Shown here one piece after another: positions 60,663-63,171 of a DNA stretch of 63,171 nucleotides. The stretch spans positions 1 to 63,171 of the forward strand of contig JALSHB010000112.1 in the NCBI GenBank assembly GCA_026982475.1, in the 5' to 3' direction. Each line of letters begins with the position of its first letter. The first letter of the stretch is position 1. The DNA is from Chromatiales bacterium. Its GTDB lineage: Bacteria; Pseudomonadota; Gammaproteobacteria; SZUA-152. Made by a program: the position numbers and the translations under genes. The notes under the pieces are model-generated. The model saw only the letters and a program-made list of their open reading frames with translations, was not told where the DNA came from and made no database searches.

Positions 60663-61336
60663 GAGGCCTTGTCGATGATGTAGCCGACGCCTCGCAGGGT
60701 GCGGATCAGCCCGCTGCCGAGTTTCTTGCGCAGGTGATGGATATAGACCTCCACGGCATTGCTTTCGATCTCCTCGCCCCAGGCATACAGGCCCTCCTCC
60801 AGCTGGCGGCGGGACAGCACCCGGCCGCGGCTTTCCAGCAGGAGTTGCAGGATGGCGAATTCGCGTCGTGAGAGTTTGACCGCTTGTTCGTCGAGGGTGA
60901 CGGTGTGCGCGGCGGGGTCCAGGGTCAGGTTGTTGTGCCTGATGAGCGGGTTTGCCCGGCCGTGATGGCGGCGCGTCAGGGCGCGGATGCGGGCGTTCAG
61001 CTCGTCCAGGTCGAAGGGCTTGATCATGTAGTCGTCGGCGCCGGCATCCAGGCCGGTGATGCGGTCGGAGACGGTGTCCCGCGCGGTGAGAATCAGTACC
61101 GGCAGCTCGCTGTCCTGGGCGGAAAATTGCCGGTTGCGCAGGCGCTTGAGGATCTCCAGTCCGGAGCGGTCGGGCAGGCCCAGGTCGAGAATCATCAGTT
61201 CATATTCCTCGGTGCGCAGGGCCGATTCGGCGGCCTTGCCAGTTTCCATCCAGTCCACGGCGTAACCGGCCTGGCTCAGCCCGGCCTGGATGCCGTCGCC
61301 GAGCAGTTTGTCATCTTCTACCAGTAACAGGCGCAT
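60659..61336 (-). CDS. OmpR-family response regulator (QseB/PmrA-like)
   Basis: 225 aa beginning MRLLLVEDDKLLGDGIQAGLSQAGYAVDW. The winged helix has SNAVEVYIHHLRKKLG. It overlaps the kinase start by 4 nt. Confidence 0.9.
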   Translation of the reverse strand: MRLLLVEDDKLLGDGIQAGLSQAGYAVDWMETGKAAESALRTEEYELMILDLGLPDRSGLEILKRLRNRQFSAQDSELPVLILTARDTVSDRITGLDAGADDYMIKPFDLDELNARIRALTRRHHGRANPLIRHNNLTLDPAAHTVTLDEQAVKLSRREFAILQLLLESRGRVLSRRQLEEGLYAWGEEIESNAVEVYIHHLRKKLGSGLIRTLRGVGYIIDKAS

Positions 61337-61390
61337 GGGCGTGTGGGTGCCTTACTTGAGTCGGTTAGGGGGCTAAACACTAGCAGGCGC

Positions 61391-61422
61391 GGTGCTTTCG
61401 TCAAGGGTGCTTTCGTCAAGGG
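61391..61422. repeat. Perfect tandem direct repeat 2 x 15 nt (GGTGCTTTCGTCAAG) plus GG, upstream of the response-regulator operon
   Basis: 61391-61405 is identical to 61406-61420. It lies 55-86 nt upstream of the regulator start codon. Confidence 0.85.
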
Positions 61423-61990
61423 CGGAAATGACAAGCGGTAACGACAGGCAGCTGCCTGGTTCGCGCCGCGTGGGGGCGCCTGCCAATGCGGGTTCGGGCG
61501 CACCGTTTGCGGGGGTGGGGCAGGCCGCCGCCATGGATGTCGAGGGGCTGTCCACCCCCCCTTTCCTCCGCTTGGCGGCATGAGGACATGGTGGTGTCCG
61601 ACCGGGGTGGTTCAAGCCAGGGCGGCCGCCCCTGCTCACGGGGGTGTTGTAGCTTGCTGAAATCCCTTGCTTTTTGTCGCCCATGGCAAAGCATTATTGA
61701 TCGCTTATATAATAAACTTCTGTTTGTTGTGGTGAAACTGTTGGTGTAAGATTGGCCCACGGGTTGTTCCACACTGTTGCAGAAACAGTCGGCGGGCTCC
61801 CTTGTTCGGGTAACGCCCCGACGTTTCTGCGGGCTCGTCCTGTGGCGCCGGTGTAGCTTGCAAGTGGATTCGCTGCGCGACCCCACGCCCGTGTGATGTT
61901 GCGCCGGTCTGTTGTCGGTGCGTAATGTAGCTCGTCGTGGAGGGGCTAGTGGTAGCAAAAGGCCAGGGATTGCACTCGCGTTCTTCAGCA

Positions 61991-63171
61991 GTGCTGGACA
62001 AGGTACTCACCTTGCTCGGTGACCTGCGCGCCACCACATCCGGACACATCATTCATGGCCATATCGAGCAGATGCTCGGTGAAATGGTGGCCGACCATCA
62101 CAAGACCGAAGAGGCCTATGCCAGCTTCCTGAGCATGCTGCTGGAGGCCTGTCTGTCGCAGATTCCCGCGGAAAACCCCCTCCACACCCACCTGCGTCTG
62201 TTGCAGATGCGCCTCATGCCGCCACTATCGGTGTCCGAGCTGGGTGCGCTGAATCGTTGCATCGAGGCGGTGTCGGACGAAATACTCAGCACCTCACCGC
62301 TGCGCGGCAGCGATCTGGCGCCGGCCCTGACGCCGCTACTGTCGCGTTTCGGCGTGCTGGAGAAGGCCCCGGTGGCAACCCCCCCGCCGTCGACGAGGGC
62401 CGAGCCCGAGCAGCCACAGGCGGAGCTGCGCGTCAATGCCGCCTACCGCGCCCATCTGGATGAAAAGCGCGAGGCCATGCTGCGTCTGCAGAGCGACTTT
62501 GTCGCGCAGATGGACGAGGCGGTGGCGGAATACGATGCCTTCGGCGAGCTGCTCGACAGCGCCCTGAGCGTGATGCGCAAGGTCGGTGACGTCGATGAGC
62601 TGGAAAAGCGCCGCCTGGAGATCATTCAGGCCCTGGAGCAGATTCGTGGCGGGCACGAGGCGCTGGCGAAGAAATTCTCCCGCGCCCAGGAATACCTCGG
62701 TCTCATCGAGGACGACAACCAGCAGCTCAGCGATGAGCTGGATCGTGTGCGCCTGCTGAGCCTCACCGATGAACTCACCGGGCTGCCCAACCGGCGCGCC
62801 TTCATGCGCCGTCTCGAAGACGAGGTCAGTCGTGTGCAGCGCCACGGCGCGCCGCTGTCGCTGGTGATCATGGATCTGGATTTCTTTAAGAATATCAATG
62901 ATCTGCGTGGTCATGCGGCGGGTGATGCGGTGCTGCGCCATTACGCCAGGGGCGTGCTGTCCATCTTCCGTCACCACGACCTGGTGGCGCGATACGGTGG
63001 CGAGGAGTTTGCCGTGCTGCTGCCCAATACCGATCAGACGGGCGTGTTGCGCGCGCTGGAAAAGGTGCGCCGGCGCCTCACGGACCTCTCCGCCCAGCTG
63101 CGCGAGGAGGGCGTGTCGCTGCCGACCTTTTCCGCCGGCGTGGCGGAGTACAGCCCTGGCGAGACCGCGCA
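61991..63171 (+). CDS. GGDEF-domain diguanylate cyclase with helical N-terminal region (3' end outside the window)
   Basis: Hand translation of the frame open from the TAG at 61928 to the window end gives ...LTDELTGLPNRRAFMRRLEDE...LVIMDLDFFKNINDLRGHAAGD...RYGGEEFAVLLP. The start is uncertain (GTG 61937/61991, TTG 61970, ATG 62071). Confidence 0.85.
   Translation, partial: MLDKVLTLLGDLRATTSGHIIHGHIEQMLGEMVADHHKTEEAYASFLSMLLEACLSQIPAENPLHTHLRLLQMRLMPPLSVSELGALNRCIEAVSDEILSTSPLRGSDLAPALTPLLSRFGVLEKAPVATPPPSTRAEPEQPQAELRVNAAYRAHLDEKREAMLRLQSDFVAQMDEAVAEYDAFGELLDSALSVMRKVGDVDELEKRRLEIIQALEQIRGGHEALAKKFSRAQEYLGLIEDDNQQLSDELDRVRLLSLTDELTGLPNRRAFMRRLEDEVSRVQRHGAPLSLVIMDLDFFKNINDLRGHAAGDAVLRHYARGVLSIFRHHDLVARYGGEEFAVLLPNTDQTGVLRALEKVRRRLTDLSAQLREEGVSLPTFSAGVAEYSPGETA

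Noticed and set aside
61416-61958. 180-aa minus-strand ORF and 87-aa plus-strand ORF in the regulator/GGDEF intergenic region
   Set aside because: The translations are Arg/Pro/Thr-rich and low-complexity, with no start context and no motifs. The region is better explained as regulatory or non-coding.

Overview
63.2-kb high-GC segment, probably from the chromosome of a sulfur-oxidising gammaproteobacterium (inference only). About 33 kb (14.7-47 kb) is the conserved translation/transcription supercluster. It runs tRNA-Tyr/Gly/Thr-tuf-tRNA-Trp-secE-nusG-rplKAJL-rpoBC-rpsL-rpsG-fusA-tuf, then the S10, spc and alpha operons through rplQ. The left flank (0-14.7 kb) holds an ArnT-like GT39 transferase and a PAP2 phosphatase, purNM, and a two-gene low-GC islet (DUF411 plus an exported protein). 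It also holds the conserved DUF2066 / CDP-alcohol transferase / AI-2E permease / hda block, wrbA-arsC, two lipoproteins and a class I fumarase. The right flank (47-63 kb) holds a YeeE/YedE sulfur transporter, tRNA-Lys, prfC and two tandem DUF1566 (Lcl-C-like) secreted proteins. These lie divergent from a partial type II secretion cluster (gspC-D-E-F only). An M48 lipoprotein protease, a QseBC/PmrAB-like two-component pair and a 3'-truncated GGDEF cyclase follow. I found no CRISPR array, no transposase or integrase, and no convincing multi-gene defence or otherwise novel system. The most unusual signals are listed here. (1) At least three families of palindromic extragenic repeats pack four long intergenic regions and have even entered the purM-purN and gspE-gspF spacers. 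(2) A 286-bp MITE-like element has 19-bp terminal inverted repeats. (3) A GGA-rich / CU-rich structured 240-nt untranslated region is bounded by a strong intrinsic terminator. (4) rpoB carries a ~59-aa insertion relative to E. coli. (5) The two tuf copies are identical in nucleotide sequence. (6) The DUF1566 pair sits next to the truncated T2SS. Many long ORFs in the track are antisense artefacts of high GC and were rejected.
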